Notes: generated from the letters alone by a model not told the origin. A DNA stretch of 64,000 bases from Candidatus Rokuibacteriota bacterium (GCA_040902305.1 JBBDXN010000134.1:11920-75919); one strand, 5' to 3'; shown: positions 35,347-45,253, counted from the first letter of the stretch. Made by a program: numbers and translations.

Positions 35347-36114
35347 ATGAGACTCCAGGGGCGCACCGCGTTCGTCACCGGGGCCAGCCGCAATATCGGA
35401 CGCGCCATCGCCCTGGCCTTCGCGGCGGAGGGCGCGGATCTCATCCTGAACACCCGGGCCAACCGCGACGAGCTGGAAGCGGTGGCCGAGGAGTGCCGCA
35501 AGCGCGGGGTTCGGGTTGCGGCGGTGCTCGGAGACATCGGCGATCCCGACGCCGTCGAGGCCATGGTCAAGAACGGCCTCGCGGTGTTTGGGGTCATCGA
35601 CGTGCTCGTGTGCAACGCGGCGATCCGGCCGCACAAGCCGGTCACCGAGACGTCACTCGAGGACTGGCACCGGGTGTTCGCAGTGAATCTCCACTCCGCT
35701 TTCTACCTGGCCCGCGCGGTGGTGCCGGGCATGAAGGAGCGCGGGCGGGGGAGCATCATCGCGCTCGGCGGGCAGTCGAGCCTCACCGGACGGCCGGGCA
35801 CCGCCGCGGTCACCGCGGCCAAGACCGGCCTGCTCGGCCTCGTGCGGGCGCTGGCCGCCGAGCTGGGCCCCGCGGGCGTCCGGGTCAACATGGTGGTGCC
35901 GGGCATCATCGACACCGAGCGCCGCTACGCCGAGTGGTACCCTGAGTTCCGCCAGACGCCGCCGGGGGGGCCGGAGCAGCTCAAGCGCATCCCGCTCGGC
36001 CGGCTGGGCCGCCCGGAGGATATCGCCGAGGCGTGCCTGTTCCTGGCCTCCGACGCCTCCGCCTATGTCACCGGCGACACGATCCGGGTCATGGGCGGGA
36101 GCATCATTGGTTGA
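35347..36114 (+). CDS. SDR-family oxidoreductase
   Basis: 255 aa. TGASRNIG, NAA and the catalytic region, with a typical C-terminus (YVTGDTIRVMGG). Confidence 0.9.
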   Translation: MRLQGRTAFVTGASRNIGRAIALAFAAEGADLILNTRANRDELEAVAEECRKRGVRVAAVLGDIGDPDAVEAMVKNGLAVFGVIDVLVCNAAIRPHKPVTETSLEDWHRVFAVNLHSAFYLARAVVPGMKERGRGSIIALGGQSSLTGRPGTAAVTAAKTGLLGLVRALAAELGPAGVRVNMVVPGIIDTERRYAEWYPEFRQTPPGGPEQLKRIPLGRLGRPEDIAEACLFLASDASAYVTGDTIRVMGGSIIG

Positions 36115-36133
36115 ACCGAGAGAGGAGAACAAC

Positions 36134-36469
36134 GTGGCCGCACAGGCGATGGTGCTCGAGTTCGGGATGGGCGTCGACGTCCACGGAGAAGAAGGGACCA
36201 AGGCGGCCTGCCGGGCGGTGTCGGACGCGATCCGGCACTCGAGCTTGCCACTCTTCACCGAGGTCCGCGCCAAGGGTGGGCGCATGCTGGTGGACGTCAC
36301 GGTCGGCGTCCCCGATCCCGGCAAGGTAGACGTGGAGCGCGTGAAGAAGGAGCTGCCCCACGGCGAGGTGACGGTCCGTCCCGTCGCGGGCGGGCTGCGC
36401 GTGCCCGGCTTCGACACCATCATCGCGTGCGCGGCCATCACGGTCAGCGTGGAATACCCCGGGCGATGA
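36134..36469 (+). CDS. Lin0512-family small protein (tentative)
   Basis: About 111 aa. LEFGMGVDVHGEEGTKAACRAVSDAI resembles the Lin0512_fam N-terminus. GTG 36134 follows GAGAGGAGAA; ATG 36149 is an alternative start. Confidence 0.6.
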   Translation: MAAQAMVLEFGMGVDVHGEEGTKAACRAVSDAIRHSSLPLFTEVRAKGGRMLVDVTVGVPDPGKVDVERVKKELPHGEVTVRPVAGGLRVPGFDTIIACAAITVSVEYPGR

Positions 36470-36509
36470 GCGCCCGGGAACCGGGCGCATCCCCGCTGGA
36501 GGTCACGCC

Positions 36510-36995
36510 ATGAGCGGCATCGGGCTCAAGCGGCTGCAGCACCTCGTGCTCTGGGTGTCCGACGTGGACCGCAGCGTGCGCTTCTACTGCGACGTCCTCG
36601 GTTTCGAGGTGAAGTCGCGCTACCCGAACGCGGCGTTTCTCCGAATCGCGGGCAGCTCCGAGGACCATCACCTGGGGCTGTTCGCCCAGCCCGGTGTCCA
36701 CGGGCCCGACGAGGGCGCGGTGCGCATGTACCACTCGGCGTGGGAAGTGGGCGAGCTGACCGACCTGGTGCGCGCGCGGCGGCGCCTGATCGAGGCGCGC
36801 TCGCTGGTGGGCTCCTCGGACCACGGGGTGAGCCTGTCGCTCTACGCGAAGGATCCCGACGGCCTCGAGTTCGAGGTGTTCTGGACGGTGCCCGGCGGCC
36901 GCCCGGTGGGCACCCGCGCGCTCGACCTGGAAGGCGAGCTGGCCCGGCGCGGCATCCCGATGCCCCAGGAGATCGACGTCGCCCCGTCCACATGA
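36510..36995 (+). CDS. VOC/glyoxalase-family (extradiol dioxygenase-like) protein
   Basis: 161 aa. LQHLVLWVSDVDRSVRFY...LGF pattern and a second half with H...FE. Confidence 0.8.
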   Translation: MSGIGLKRLQHLVLWVSDVDRSVRFYCDVLGFEVKSRYPNAAFLRIAGSSEDHHLGLFAQPGVHGPDEGAVRMYHSAWEVGELTDLVRARRRLIEARSLVGSSDHGVSLSLYAKDPDGLEFEVFWTVPGGRPVGTRALDLEGELARRGIPMPQEIDVAPST

Positions 36996-37691
36996 CGTGT
37001 AGCGGTTGCGGCTTCGAGGCGCCCGCCGACTTCGCGTTCTGCCCCAGGTGCGGCGCGCGGCTCGCCGCCGCTCCGGCGCCGTCGCCTCCGCCCGCCCCGC
37101 CCGCCGCCCCCGAGGGCGATCGCCGGCCGGTCACCGTGCTCTTCGCGGACCTGGCCGGATTCACCGCGCTCAGTGAAGGGCTCGATCCCGAGGACGTGCG
37201 CGCGATCCAGAACGATCTCTTCCACGAGATGTCCGCGTCGATCGACCGCTACGGCCGGCCTCGACCTGGCCAAGAAGATCGGCGACCTCGGCTTCCAGTC
37301 GCGCCTTTACGCGAACCTCGCGGTCGCCTACTGCGCGCTGACCAACCGCTGCGACGAGCAGGGGGTCGGCGCGGCGCACGCCGCCATCGATCTCGACCGG
37401 CGCCTCGGGCAGCTCGATCACCTGGCGGTGCCGCTCATCGTGCTCGGCCAGATCTACCAGTGCCACGGCGATCCGACCCGGGCGATCGCGCACTACCAGG
37501 AAGCGCTCGCGCTCGCCGAGGAGGCCGACGAGCCCCAGCTCCTGTTCCCCTGCTACGATGGCCTCGCCACGGTTTACCTGGACCTGGGCGACGAGGGTCG
37601 CGCGGAGGAGTTCCTGCAGAAAGCCCAGGAGGTCTGCGAGCGGGCCGGGCTCGAGCCCGACGCCCTCGTGGTGCTGCCGTTCCTGGATTGA
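36992..37691 (+). pseudogene. remnant of a large zinc-ribbon/adenylate-guanylate cyclase/TPR regulator (internal deletion plus frame change)
   Basis: The N-terminal frame gives MTCSGCGFEAP..FCPRCG...RRPVTVLFADLAGFTALSE...IDRYG (start of a class III cyclase domain), then becomes nonsense at about 37255. A different frame (37173-37691) then reads a TPR C-terminus (...AIAHYQEALALAEE...). The two parts would normally be separated by many hundreds of residues. Confidence 0.6.
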
Positions 37692-37726
37692 CCTGGTCAC
37701 GACGCGAACAGAGAGGAATACGTCTC

Positions 37727-38395
37727 ATGACGCCCATGCCCCTTCGCTCCGGTGATCCCGCTCCCCACTTTGCGCTGCCCGCGGTCAATCGAGAGGGCCA
37801 GGTCTCACTCGACGACTATCGCGGGCGCAGTCCGGTCCTGGTCGGCCTGTTTCGCGGCCTGCACTGCCCCTTCTGCCGGCGCCAGGTCGTGCAGCTCGGC
37901 ACCACGCAGGAGAAGCTGAAGGCGATGGGCGTGGAGACGATGGCGGTGGTGAATACCCCGCTGACGCGCGCGCGGCTCTACTTCAACTACCGCCCCGCGC
38001 GCGTGCTCCTCGCGGCCGACCCGGAGGCGGCGACGCATCGAGCGTTCGGGGTGCCGGCCGGCGTGGTCGTCGAGGACGAGTCGAAGGCCTCGTGGTCGCA
38101 GGGGACAGTCACGATGGGCCAGCTTCAGGTCGCGCTGATCAATCCCACCGGAGAGCTCCCGGCACCGGAGAACGCCTTCGTGGCGATGGACGTCCTGAAC
38201 AAGAGGGACGGGTTCGAGCCGACCGAGGTCGACCAGCAGATCGTGGCCGTGCACGGCATGCAGCTGACGGGGCACTTTCTCATCGACCGGAGCGGGATCG
38301 TTAGGTGGCGGCAGATCGAGGCCGTGGAGCGGATCGAGGATCTCTCCAAGTTTCCGAGCGACGAGGAGATCCTGGCCGCGGCCCGCGCGCTCTAG
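37727..38395 (+). CDS. peroxiredoxin/redoxin-family protein (CPFC motif) with C-terminal extension
   Basis: 222 aa from the ATG at 37727 (GAGAGGA 10 nt upstream). GDPAPHFALP..., LVGLFRGLHCPFCR, thioredoxin fold. Confidence 0.8.
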   Translation: MTPMPLRSGDPAPHFALPAVNREGQVSLDDYRGRSPVLVGLFRGLHCPFCRRQVVQLGTTQEKLKAMGVETMAVVNTPLTRARLYFNYRPARVLLAADPEAATHRAFGVPAGVVVEDESKASWSQGTVTMGQLQVALINPTGELPAPENAFVAMDVLNKRDGFEPTEVDQQIVAVHGMQLTGHFLIDRSGIVRWRQIEAVERIEDLSKFPSDEEILAAARAL

Positions 38396-38430
38396 GTCGG
38401 CCCCCCTCCACAACTACAGGAGACGACGCC

Positions 38431-39096
38431 ATGGATATCGCCATCCCGCTCTTCGAGGGCATCACCGCGCTGGACGCCATCGGCCCCTACGAGGTCCTCT
38501 CGCGCCTGCCCGGCGCCCGGGTGCGCTTCGTCGCGGTGACGCCCGGCCCGTATCGCACCGACAACCGCCAGCTCACCCTGATGGCCGACGAGCCGCTTTC
38601 CGCGGTGCCGCACCCGGAGGTGGTCATGGTGCCGGGTGGCTTCGGCACCCGCGCGCTCGAGGCGCCGAATCCGCTGCTGGACTGGATCCGCGCGGCGCAC
38701 GAGACGAGCCAGTGGACCACGTCGGTCTGCACCGGCTCGATGCTGCTGGCCGCTGCGGGCATCCTGAAGGGGCTCGAGGCCACCACGCACTGGATGTCGC
38801 TCGACCGCCTGCCCGCCTACGGCGCGCGGCCGACGCTCAAGCGCGTGGTGGAGCAGGGCAAGATCATCACCGCGGCGGGGGTGTCTTCGGGCATCGACAT
38901 GGCGCTCACGCTCGCCGCCCGCATCGCGGGCGACGACGTGGCCCAGGCCATCCAGCTCGGGATCGAGTACGACCCGCAGCCTCCGTTTCGGGCCGGGTCG
39001 CCCACGACCGCGCCCGCGCACATCGTGGAGGGCCTGCGCGCCCGGATGCGGGCCCGCATGGAGCGGGACGAAGCCGCGCTGCACCGCCCCGCCTGA
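38431..39096 (+). CDS. DJ-1/PfpI-family protein
   Basis: 221 aa from the ATG at 38431. Nucleophile elbow SVCTGS and GVSSGIDMAL. Confidence 0.85.
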   Translation: MDIAIPLFEGITALDAIGPYEVLSRLPGARVRFVAVTPGPYRTDNRQLTLMADEPLSAVPHPEVVMVPGGFGTRALEAPNPLLDWIRAAHETSQWTTSVCTGSMLLAAAGILKGLEATTHWMSLDRLPAYGARPTLKRVVEQGKIITAAGVSSGIDMALTLAARIAGDDVAQAIQLGIEYDPQPPFRAGSPTTAPAHIVEGLRARMRARMERDEAALHRPA

Positions 39097-39127
39097 CGAC
39101 CGCGGGCGGCGAGGATATACTGGGCCG

Positions 39128-40021
39128 ATGGAGCGCCGCCGGCTGGGCCGGACCGACATGGAGGTGAGCGTGCTCGGCTTCGGCGGCTCGGAGATCGGCT
39201 ACGAGCGGGCGGGGGCGCGCACGGTGGCCCGTCTGCTCGGCACCGCGCTCGACGCGGGCCTCAACGTGATCGACACCGCCGAGTGCTACGAGGACAGCGA
39301 GACGCTGATCGGATCGGCGCTCGGGGCCCGACGGGACGAGATCTACCTGCTGACCAAGTGCGGCCATCCCCGCGGCTACGGCCGCGGCGACTGGCGCGCG
39401 GCCTCGCTGCTCTCGAGCATCGAGCGGAGCCTCAAGCGCCTCCGCACCGACCGTCTGGACCTGATCCAGCTCCACAGCTGCGAGCTGTCCGACCTCCGGA
39501 AGGGCGAGGCCATCACCGCGCTGGAGCGGGCGCGGGAGCGCGGCCTCACGCGCTACATCGGCTACAGCGGGGACGGGGAAGCGGCGCGCTTCGCGGTCGA
39601 GTGCGGGCGATTCGACACGCTGCAGACCTCGGTGAGTGTCGCGGACCAGGAGTGCTTCGAGCTGACGCTGCCGCCGGCCGTGGAGCGGGGAATGGGCGTG
39701 ATCGCCAAGCGGCCGATCGCGAACGCGGCGTGGCGGTACGCGCGCCGGCCCCCCGAGCCCTACTACCAGCCCTACTGGGAGCGACTGCGCGCGCTCGACT
39801 ACCCGTTCGCGCGTGACGCCGAGCGCGTCGCCTCGACCGCACTCCGCTTCACCCTGGCCGCGCCGGGTGTGCACACCGCGATCGTCGGGACCAAGCGGCC
39901 CGAGCGCTGGCCGGAGAACGCGCGCCTGCTGGAAGCGGGCCCGCTGCCCGCCGCCGACGTCGAACGGATCCGCGCGCGCTGGCGGCAGGTCGCTGAGCCC
40001 TCGTGGACCGGCGAGGTCTGA
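39128..40021 (+). CDS. aldo/keto reductase
   Basis: 297 aa. LG.T...VS.LGFGG, IDTAE.Y, D...LH and IGYS motifs. Confidence 0.9.
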   Translation: MERRRLGRTDMEVSVLGFGGSEIGYERAGARTVARLLGTALDAGLNVIDTAECYEDSETLIGSALGARRDEIYLLTKCGHPRGYGRGDWRAASLLSSIERSLKRLRTDRLDLIQLHSCELSDLRKGEAITALERARERGLTRYIGYSGDGEAARFAVECGRFDTLQTSVSVADQECFELTLPPAVERGMGVIAKRPIANAAWRYARRPPEPYYQPYWERLRALDYPFARDAERVASTALRFTLAAPGVHTAIVGTKRPERWPENARLLEAGPLPAADVERIRARWRQVAEPSWTGEV

Positions 40022-40197
40022 CGAATACCTGAAGCCGGGTGCCTCGTACCAGGAGCGAGGGATCCGGGTCGCCACGGCTGTTACACAGTCGAGGGACTCG
40101 GTAGCATCCGGCGCGTGCTCTGTGCCTCATGCTGTTGGCGTCTGGGTTTCGATACAGCTTCCCGAGCTTGTCGAGCCCCCGTCGGCCGATGTAGGCT

Positions 40198-42042
40198 TTG
40201 GGACTAAGAGCGACCATGACTGCCAGAACTCGCATTGTACGACGCTCAGAGTCTTGGAAGGTTATGGAGCAGTTCGCAACCTGGTCGCTTCGCACCTCGC
40301 CCTCAGAAGTCCTTCGGGCTGGCAAAGCCATTGTTGAGAAGCACGCGCAACGCTTCGGTGAGAAGCGCCGTGAGGCCTTTGCTATCGAGTTCACCAGACG
40401 CGTTGTTGCCCAGTACTGGAACGAGATCCAGTCGGACTATGATCATGTGTGGCCCCTGCCACACATTCTGGTTGACTCGGACGTAGTGCGGCTTACCCCT
40501 GAATTGGAATGGCTGGCTGACCGGCTTGGTCGCGCAGCGGCTCGCCTCGATCCCGTGTCGGCTGGGTACTTTGTTGGTACGACCTACGCTATCGCGCTTC
40601 CGCCCGAGATACGTGCACGCCTGGGGATCTACTACACGCCGCCTGCCCTTAGTTCTCGCTTGTTGGATCAGGTCACCGCAGCGGGGATTGATTGGGGCTC
40701 ATGTACCGTAGTCGATCCAGCGTGTGGAGGAGGCGCCTTTCTTGCCCCAGTAGCTCAGCGAATCATCAAGCATTTGTCCCATCTGGAGCCAGCAGCCCTT
40801 GTCGACGCTATGGCTGGGCGCGTTCACGGCGTTGAACTTGATCCTTTCGCAGCCTGGTTGTCCCAGGTGTTTGTCGAGTCAGTCATGTTGCCTACGTGCA
40901 GGGCCGGGGGGTCTCGACTTCCCCTGTTGGTTGATGTCCGAGATAGTCTGTCAATGCAGTCAACTTCCGAAACCTTTGATCTCGTCATCGGGAACCCTCC
41001 TTATCGGCGTGTGACGCTGTCCACGGTTCTAAGAGACCGGTATTCCAGTAGCCTCTACGGTCACGCGAATCTGTACGGAATCTTCACGGAGTTGGCTCTG
41101 GGTCTGGTAAAGGCTGGGGGCCTTGTTGCGTATGTAACCCCAACGAGTTTCCTGGCCGGTCAGTACTTCAAGAAGCTACGTGACCTTCTGGGCCACGAAG
41201 CTCCTCCGGTGGCTGTCGATTTCATTGCGCAGCGAAAAGGAGTGTTCGACGGTGTGTTGCAGGAGGCGGTCCTCGCCACCTACCGACGCAAGGGGAAGGC
41301 GGAGCCGGCGCCGGTCAGCCTTGTAACGCCGGTGGACGAAGGTACTGCCCGGGTTATAACGGTCGCAGACTTTCGCCTGCCGCACTCTGCCAACCAGCCG
41401 TGGCTGATTCCGAGAAGCGTCGAACAGGTATCTCTGGTTAAGCGGATGGAAGAGATGCCCCATCGTCTTTCGGATTGGGGCTACCGCGTGAGAACCGGGC
41501 CTCTCGTTTGGAATCGGCACCGGAGTCAATTGCGGCTAGAGGCCGGCCCAGGTTGTCTTCCGCTGATTTGGGCCGAGTCGATTACATCGGATGGGCGCTT
41601 CGTACTGAGAGCGCTCAAGCAGAACCACAAGCCGTTCTTCAAGCCATCTGGTAAAGAGGAGTGGCTCATCATCCGGCGTGGCTGTGTCCTCCTTCAAAGG
41701 ACGACTGCAAAGGAACAAGCTCGACGTCTCATCGCGGCAGTGCTTCCCATGCGTCTGTTTCGAAGGTACGGGGCTGTCGTGGTCGAGAATCACCTGAATA
41801 TGATTGTGCCAATGCGGTCGCGTGCCGCGGTCGGGTTGGAGGCCCTTGCTGCATTCCTCAACAGCTCTGTCGTCGATCGAGCATTTCGTTGTGTGAGCGG
41901 TAGCGTTGCAGTCTCGGCCTATGAGCTAGAGGCCCTTCCACTTCCGTCGCCGGAGGACATTCGGAGTGTGGAACAGGCGATCGGGCGCGGTGCGTCGCGA
42001 GACGAGATGGACAAACTCTGCGGTCAGCTATACGGCGTCTAG
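40198..42042 (+). CDS. type II N6-adenine DNA methyltransferase (gamma class, Eco57I/TaqI-like)
   Basis: Up to 614 aa. Motif I VVDPACGGGAFL precedes motif IV LVIGNPPY. TaqI_C-like target-recognition end (AFLNSSVVDR...YELEALPLP). The start is uncertain (40198, 40216 or 40264). Visibly lower G+C than the flanks. Confidence 0.8.
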   Translation: MGLRATMTARTRIVRRSESWKVMEQFATWSLRTSPSEVLRAGKAIVEKHAQRFGEKRREAFAIEFTRRVVAQYWNEIQSDYDHVWPLPHILVDSDVVRLTPELEWLADRLGRAAARLDPVSAGYFVGTTYAIALPPEIRARLGIYYTPPALSSRLLDQVTAAGIDWGSCTVVDPACGGGAFLAPVAQRIIKHLSHLEPAALVDAMAGRVHGVELDPFAAWLSQVFVESVMLPTCRAGGSRLPLLVDVRDSLSMQSTSETFDLVIGNPPYRRVTLSTVLRDRYSSSLYGHANLYGIFTELALGLVKAGGLVAYVTPTSFLAGQYFKKLRDLLGHEAPPVAVDFIAQRKGVFDGVLQEAVLATYRRKGKAEPAPVSLVTPVDEGTARVITVADFRLPHSANQPWLIPRSVEQVSLVKRMEEMPHRLSDWGYRVRTGPLVWNRHRSQLRLEAGPGCLPLIWAESITSDGRFVLRALKQNHKPFFKPSGKEEWLIIRRGCVLLQRTTAKEQARRLIAAVLPMRLFRRYGAVVVENHLNMIVPMRSRAAVGLEALAAFLNSSVVDRAFRCVSGSVAVSAYELEALPLPSPEDIRSVEQAIGRGASRDEMDKLCGQLYGV

Positions 42043-42099
42043 GAGTGGTGGCTCGTGTTTGTCGGTTGGTTCGAGGCTGTTCAAGCGCTGATCCGCTGT

Positions 42100-43203
42100 T
42101 CAGGATCGGAGCTTCGCGGCCACGGATGAAAGACTTGTGGGCCAAAGCCCTCCATCGTGAAAGGCAAGCAGATGTTGAGGCTCGGCGGCAAACCAGACGA
42201 ACGAGTTCCAGGCGACCTCTGTGATGGTTTTCTTGAAGGCTGAGTCCGATCGGTCGCGGAAGGCGGTGACGAAGGCAATCCGGTTCGCCGGGAAGCCCGC
42301 ATCAGTAGCCAATTTGAGAAGGGCCGATTGCCGTTGCGTCGTGATAGCGCCGTCTGTCACGACGACCTCGATAAAGGCAATGAGGACGTTGCCGTCGGTC
42401 CTGCCGTCTTCGAGATCGACGAGGATGATGTCGGGCAGGTTGCGATCTGGGGCGATTTGAAGTCGAAGAGCGGCGGCCAGTTGGTCATCTCTTGCGACCA
42501 CCTTCTCCTTGCTCTCGCTGACCCACAGAACAACGGGCTGCTTCATGAATCGCGGCGCGAAGACTTCCACGACGGATTTTGTCAGCTCAGAGCTCGGGCC
42601 GTGAGACATAAGGCGAGTTTCCCGGTTGGGGAAAGTGACCAGAAGGCGTTCGTCCGTCGAAGCTGCGCCACGACGTAACAGCTGGGTATGCGCCAACGCG
42701 CCGGCTGAGAGGTGTCTACTGCGCCAATCGGCAGCCGCCTTCTCGAGGGAAGCCTCGCTAAGTGTAGGACTGAAGAGAGCAGCGAATTCGGCGCGTAGTG
42801 CATAGCGGGGTTTCGCCGAGGTCGTCGATAGTCCGCGACGCTCAGTAACAGCGTTGTTGCCTATCAGCCCCTGCCGGATTGTTTCATCTCGGATTTGTTC
42901 GCGGCTGTTTTCTGAGTACCAGGGCTTCCCCGCCGGACGGAATCCGGGCTTCAGTGACCTGGTCGCATACGATTCGCGCGCAAGGGCATCACGTTTTGAG
43001 GCTTGCGCGTTAGTCATCCGGACAACCTGCTTGGGAGCTAGCCAGACGTCCGCGCCCTCTATGGCGCCTACATAGAGCAGCGTAAAGACAGCGGAAGCGG
43101 CAGCCTCTCGAACGCAATAGGCGCGGTGCGGTGTACCTTCAGGGAAGATGATCGGCAGCCGAGCATGTATGTCTGCGCGCCCGACGTATGGAGGAAGGTT
43201 CAC
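42100..43203 (-). CDS. BsuBI/PstI-family type II restriction endonuclease
   Basis: 367 aa from the GTG at 43203. LPIIFPEGTPHRAYCVREAAASAVFTLLYVGAIEG is the N-terminal domain. The C-terminal block PDIILVD...LIAFIEVVVTDGAIT..R...L..........AFVTAF.DR..F.K...E.AW...VW.A.EP.HL..F is characteristic of the family. The rest of the 776-aa track ORF is antisense to the next gene. Confidence 0.8.
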   Translation of the reverse strand: MNLPPYVGRADIHARLPIIFPEGTPHRAYCVREAAASAVFTLLYVGAIEGADVWLAPKQVVRMTNAQASKRDALARESYATRSLKPGFRPAGKPWYSENSREQIRDETIRQGLIGNNAVTERRGLSTTSAKPRYALRAEFAALFSPTLSEASLEKAAADWRSRHLSAGALAHTQLLRRGAASTDERLLVTFPNRETRLMSHGPSSELTKSVVEVFAPRFMKQPVVLWVSESKEKVVARDDQLAAALRLQIAPDRNLPDIILVDLEDGRTDGNVLIAFIEVVVTDGAITTQRQSALLKLATDAGFPANRIAFVTAFRDRSDSAFKKTITEVAWNSFVWFAAEPQHLLAFHDGGLWPTSLSSVAAKLRS

Positions 43204-43241
43204 GCTACGATTGTCCCTCGCGTCGCCCAGTCGCCACCATG

Positions 43242-44330
43242 TCACCCGACCTGGAAGCGCTTGATCGCCGCCTGGTCGAAGGCCAGGCCGAGCCCGGGCT
43301 TGTCGGGCACCACGAGCTGGCCGCCCTCGATCTTCGGGGTCTCCTCGTAGAGCTGGAGCGTCCACGGCATGTACTCGACGGTGAGCCCGTTGGGGATGGC
43401 CGCGATCAGGTGCACGTGGATCTCCGGGATCAGGTGGCTCACCACCGGCAGGTTGAAGGCCTCGGCCATGCCCGCCACCTTCATCCACTGGGTGATGCCG
43501 CCCACCCGCAGCAGGTCGATCATCACGATGTCGATCGAGCGGGCCTCCAGCAGGTGGCGGAACGGCACGATGCCGTAGTGGTACTCGCCCGCCGCGATCG
43601 GGGTGTTGAGCGCGTCGGCGACGCGCGCCAGGCCCGGGTAGTCGTCGTGCGCGGTGGGGTCTTCGAGCCAGTAGAGATGATAGGGCTCGATGCGCTGGCC
43701 CACGTCGATGGCGTGGTGCACGCTCCAGAGCTGGTTGATGTCGCACATGAGGTCCACGTCGGCGCCGATGGACTCGCGCATCACCCGCACCCGTTCGACC
43801 GAGGCGGCGATGGTCGGCTCGCTCCCGCACTGCATCTTCATCTGGCGGAAGCCCATGTCGCGCAGGCGCGGGCCCGCCTTGGCCAGGTAGTCCACCGGGT
43901 GCTGGCGCATCAGCGCGCCGCTCGCGTACGTGGGCGCGCGGTCGCGCAGGCCGCCCAGCAGCGCGCAGACCGACCGGCCCGCCGCCTTGCCCATGAGGTC
44001 CCAGCAGGCCATGTCCACCGCGGAGAGTGCGAGCGAGAAGATGCCACCCGGGCCCGAGCCGCCCGCCATGCGCCGGCACTTGGCCGCGATCGCCTCGACC
44101 TGGCTCGGGTCCATGCCGATGGTCAGGCGCGCGAGGCCCTCCACCGCCGCCCGCAGCGCGGGGGTCAGCGCGCCGCCGAAGAAGGTGAGGCCGATGCCGA
44201 CCAGCCCCTGGTCGGTCCCGAGCTCGAGCAGCACGAACTCCCGGGTATCGGTGGGCGCGGGCAGCCCAACCACCAGCGGGTTGTCGGCGGGCGTGGAGAG
44301 GACGCGGGTGGTGACGTGGCTGATCTTCAT
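43242..44330 (-). CDS. mandelate racemase/muconate lactonizing enzyme (enolase superfamily)
   Basis: 362 aa from the ATG at 44330 (MKISHVTTRV...). FKMK-like FRQMKMQCG, metal ligands (DLMCDIN, WLEDP) and DIVMID. Confidence 0.88.
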   Translation of the reverse strand: MKISHVTTRVLSTPADNPLVVGLPAPTDTREFVLLELGTDQGLVGIGLTFFGGALTPALRAAVEGLARLTIGMDPSQVEAIAAKCRRMAGGSGPGGIFSLALSAVDMACWDLMGKAAGRSVCALLGGLRDRAPTYASGALMRQHPVDYLAKAGPRLRDMGFRQMKMQCGSEPTIAASVERVRVMRESIGADVDLMCDINQLWSVHHAIDVGQRIEPYHLYWLEDPTAHDDYPGLARVADALNTPIAAGEYHYGIVPFRHLLEARSIDIVMIDLLRVGGITQWMKVAGMAEAFNLPVVSHLIPEIHVHLIAAIPNGLTVEYMPWTLQLYEETPKIEGGQLVVPDKPGLGLAFDQAAIKRFQVG

Positions 44331-45253
44331 TTCTTGTGCTTGCCGGTGAGCTGGGGCGTGGTGCCTTCCTGTCCCTTTTCCTGTCGGTCGAGCCGCGTCT
44401 CGCGCGACCACGTGCGCTTGAGATCGTCACGGATATTGAACCGGAGCTGCCCGAGGCCCTCGGTCTCGAGCTCGATGCGGTCGCCGTCCTGGAAGCCGGA
44501 GAGCCCGCGGTGGTTGGTGCCGGTGGCGAGGATGTCGCCCGGCTCGAGGGTGTGAATGCTCGTCACCCACTCGATGCAGCGCGGGATCTTGTGCGCCATG
44601 TCGCTCGTGTTGAACGACTGCTTGACCGTCCCGTTTACCGAGAGCCGGATCGCCAGCTTGTGTGGGTCCGCGATCTCGTCCGCGGTCACCAGGTACGGGC
44701 CGATCGGCGCGAAGGTGTCGCGCGACTTCATCTGGTAGAACGTGTTGCCGGTGGGGAGCAGGCCGCGCGCGGAGCCGTCGATGAAGTTGCAGTAGCCGAA
44801 GACGTACTCCATTGCGCGCGCGGCCGGCACCGCGGTGGCGCGCTTGCCGATGATCAGGGCCATCTCGGCCTCGCCCTCGAAGATGGTGGCGGGCACGTCG
44901 GGCAGCACCATGGTTTCGGCGGGGCCGATGATCGCGCCCGGTGACTTCATGAACGCGTTGATCGGCGCCGGCTCGGTGCGCGTGCCGTCCTCCATGTAGT
45001 TCACCGCCATGCACACGATGTTGGTCGGCTTGGGGAGCGGCGGCCGGATCCGCACGCCGGCCAGGGGCTGGGGCTTGCCGCGGCCCGCCGCCTCCTCGAT
45101 CTTCTTGCGGTAGTCGGCGAAGCGGGGGATCAGTCCGCTCATGAGATCGCCGGGCCCCGTGTGGCGGATGTCCTTCACGGTGTCGGAGACGTCCACGACC
45201 GCGTCGCCACGGAGCACGCCGAGCTGGTAGTCGTCGAAGAGCAGTAGTTTCAC
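44327..45253 (-). CDS. fumarylacetoacetate hydrolase (FAH) family protein
   Basis: 308 aa from the GTG at 45253 (AAGGAGG 5 nt upstream). N.VCMAVNY, GEAEMALIIGK, GDI.ATGT. The stop overlaps the enolase-family gene start. Confidence 0.88.
   Translation of the reverse strand: MKLLLFDDYQLGVLRGDAVVDVSDTVKDIRHTGPGDLMSGLIPRFADYRKKIEEAAGRGKPQPLAGVRIRPPLPKPTNIVCMAVNYMEDGTRTEPAPINAFMKSPGAIIGPAETMVLPDVPATIFEGEAEMALIIGKRATAVPAARAMEYVFGYCNFIDGSARGLLPTGNTFYQMKSRDTFAPIGPYLVTADEIADPHKLAIRLSVNGTVKQSFNTSDMAHKIPRCIEWVTSIHTLEPGDILATGTNHRGLSGFQDGDRIELETEGLGQLRFNIRDDLKRTWSRETRLDRQEKGQEGTTPQLTGKHKK

Noticed and set aside
40022-40197. Attachment-site or tRNA fragment at the left edge of the RM islet, and flanking direct repeats
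   Set aside because: Only a trivial 8-nt inverted match (CGAGGGAC / GTCCCTCG) was found between the two islet borders. There is no tRNA-like cloverleaf and no integrase.
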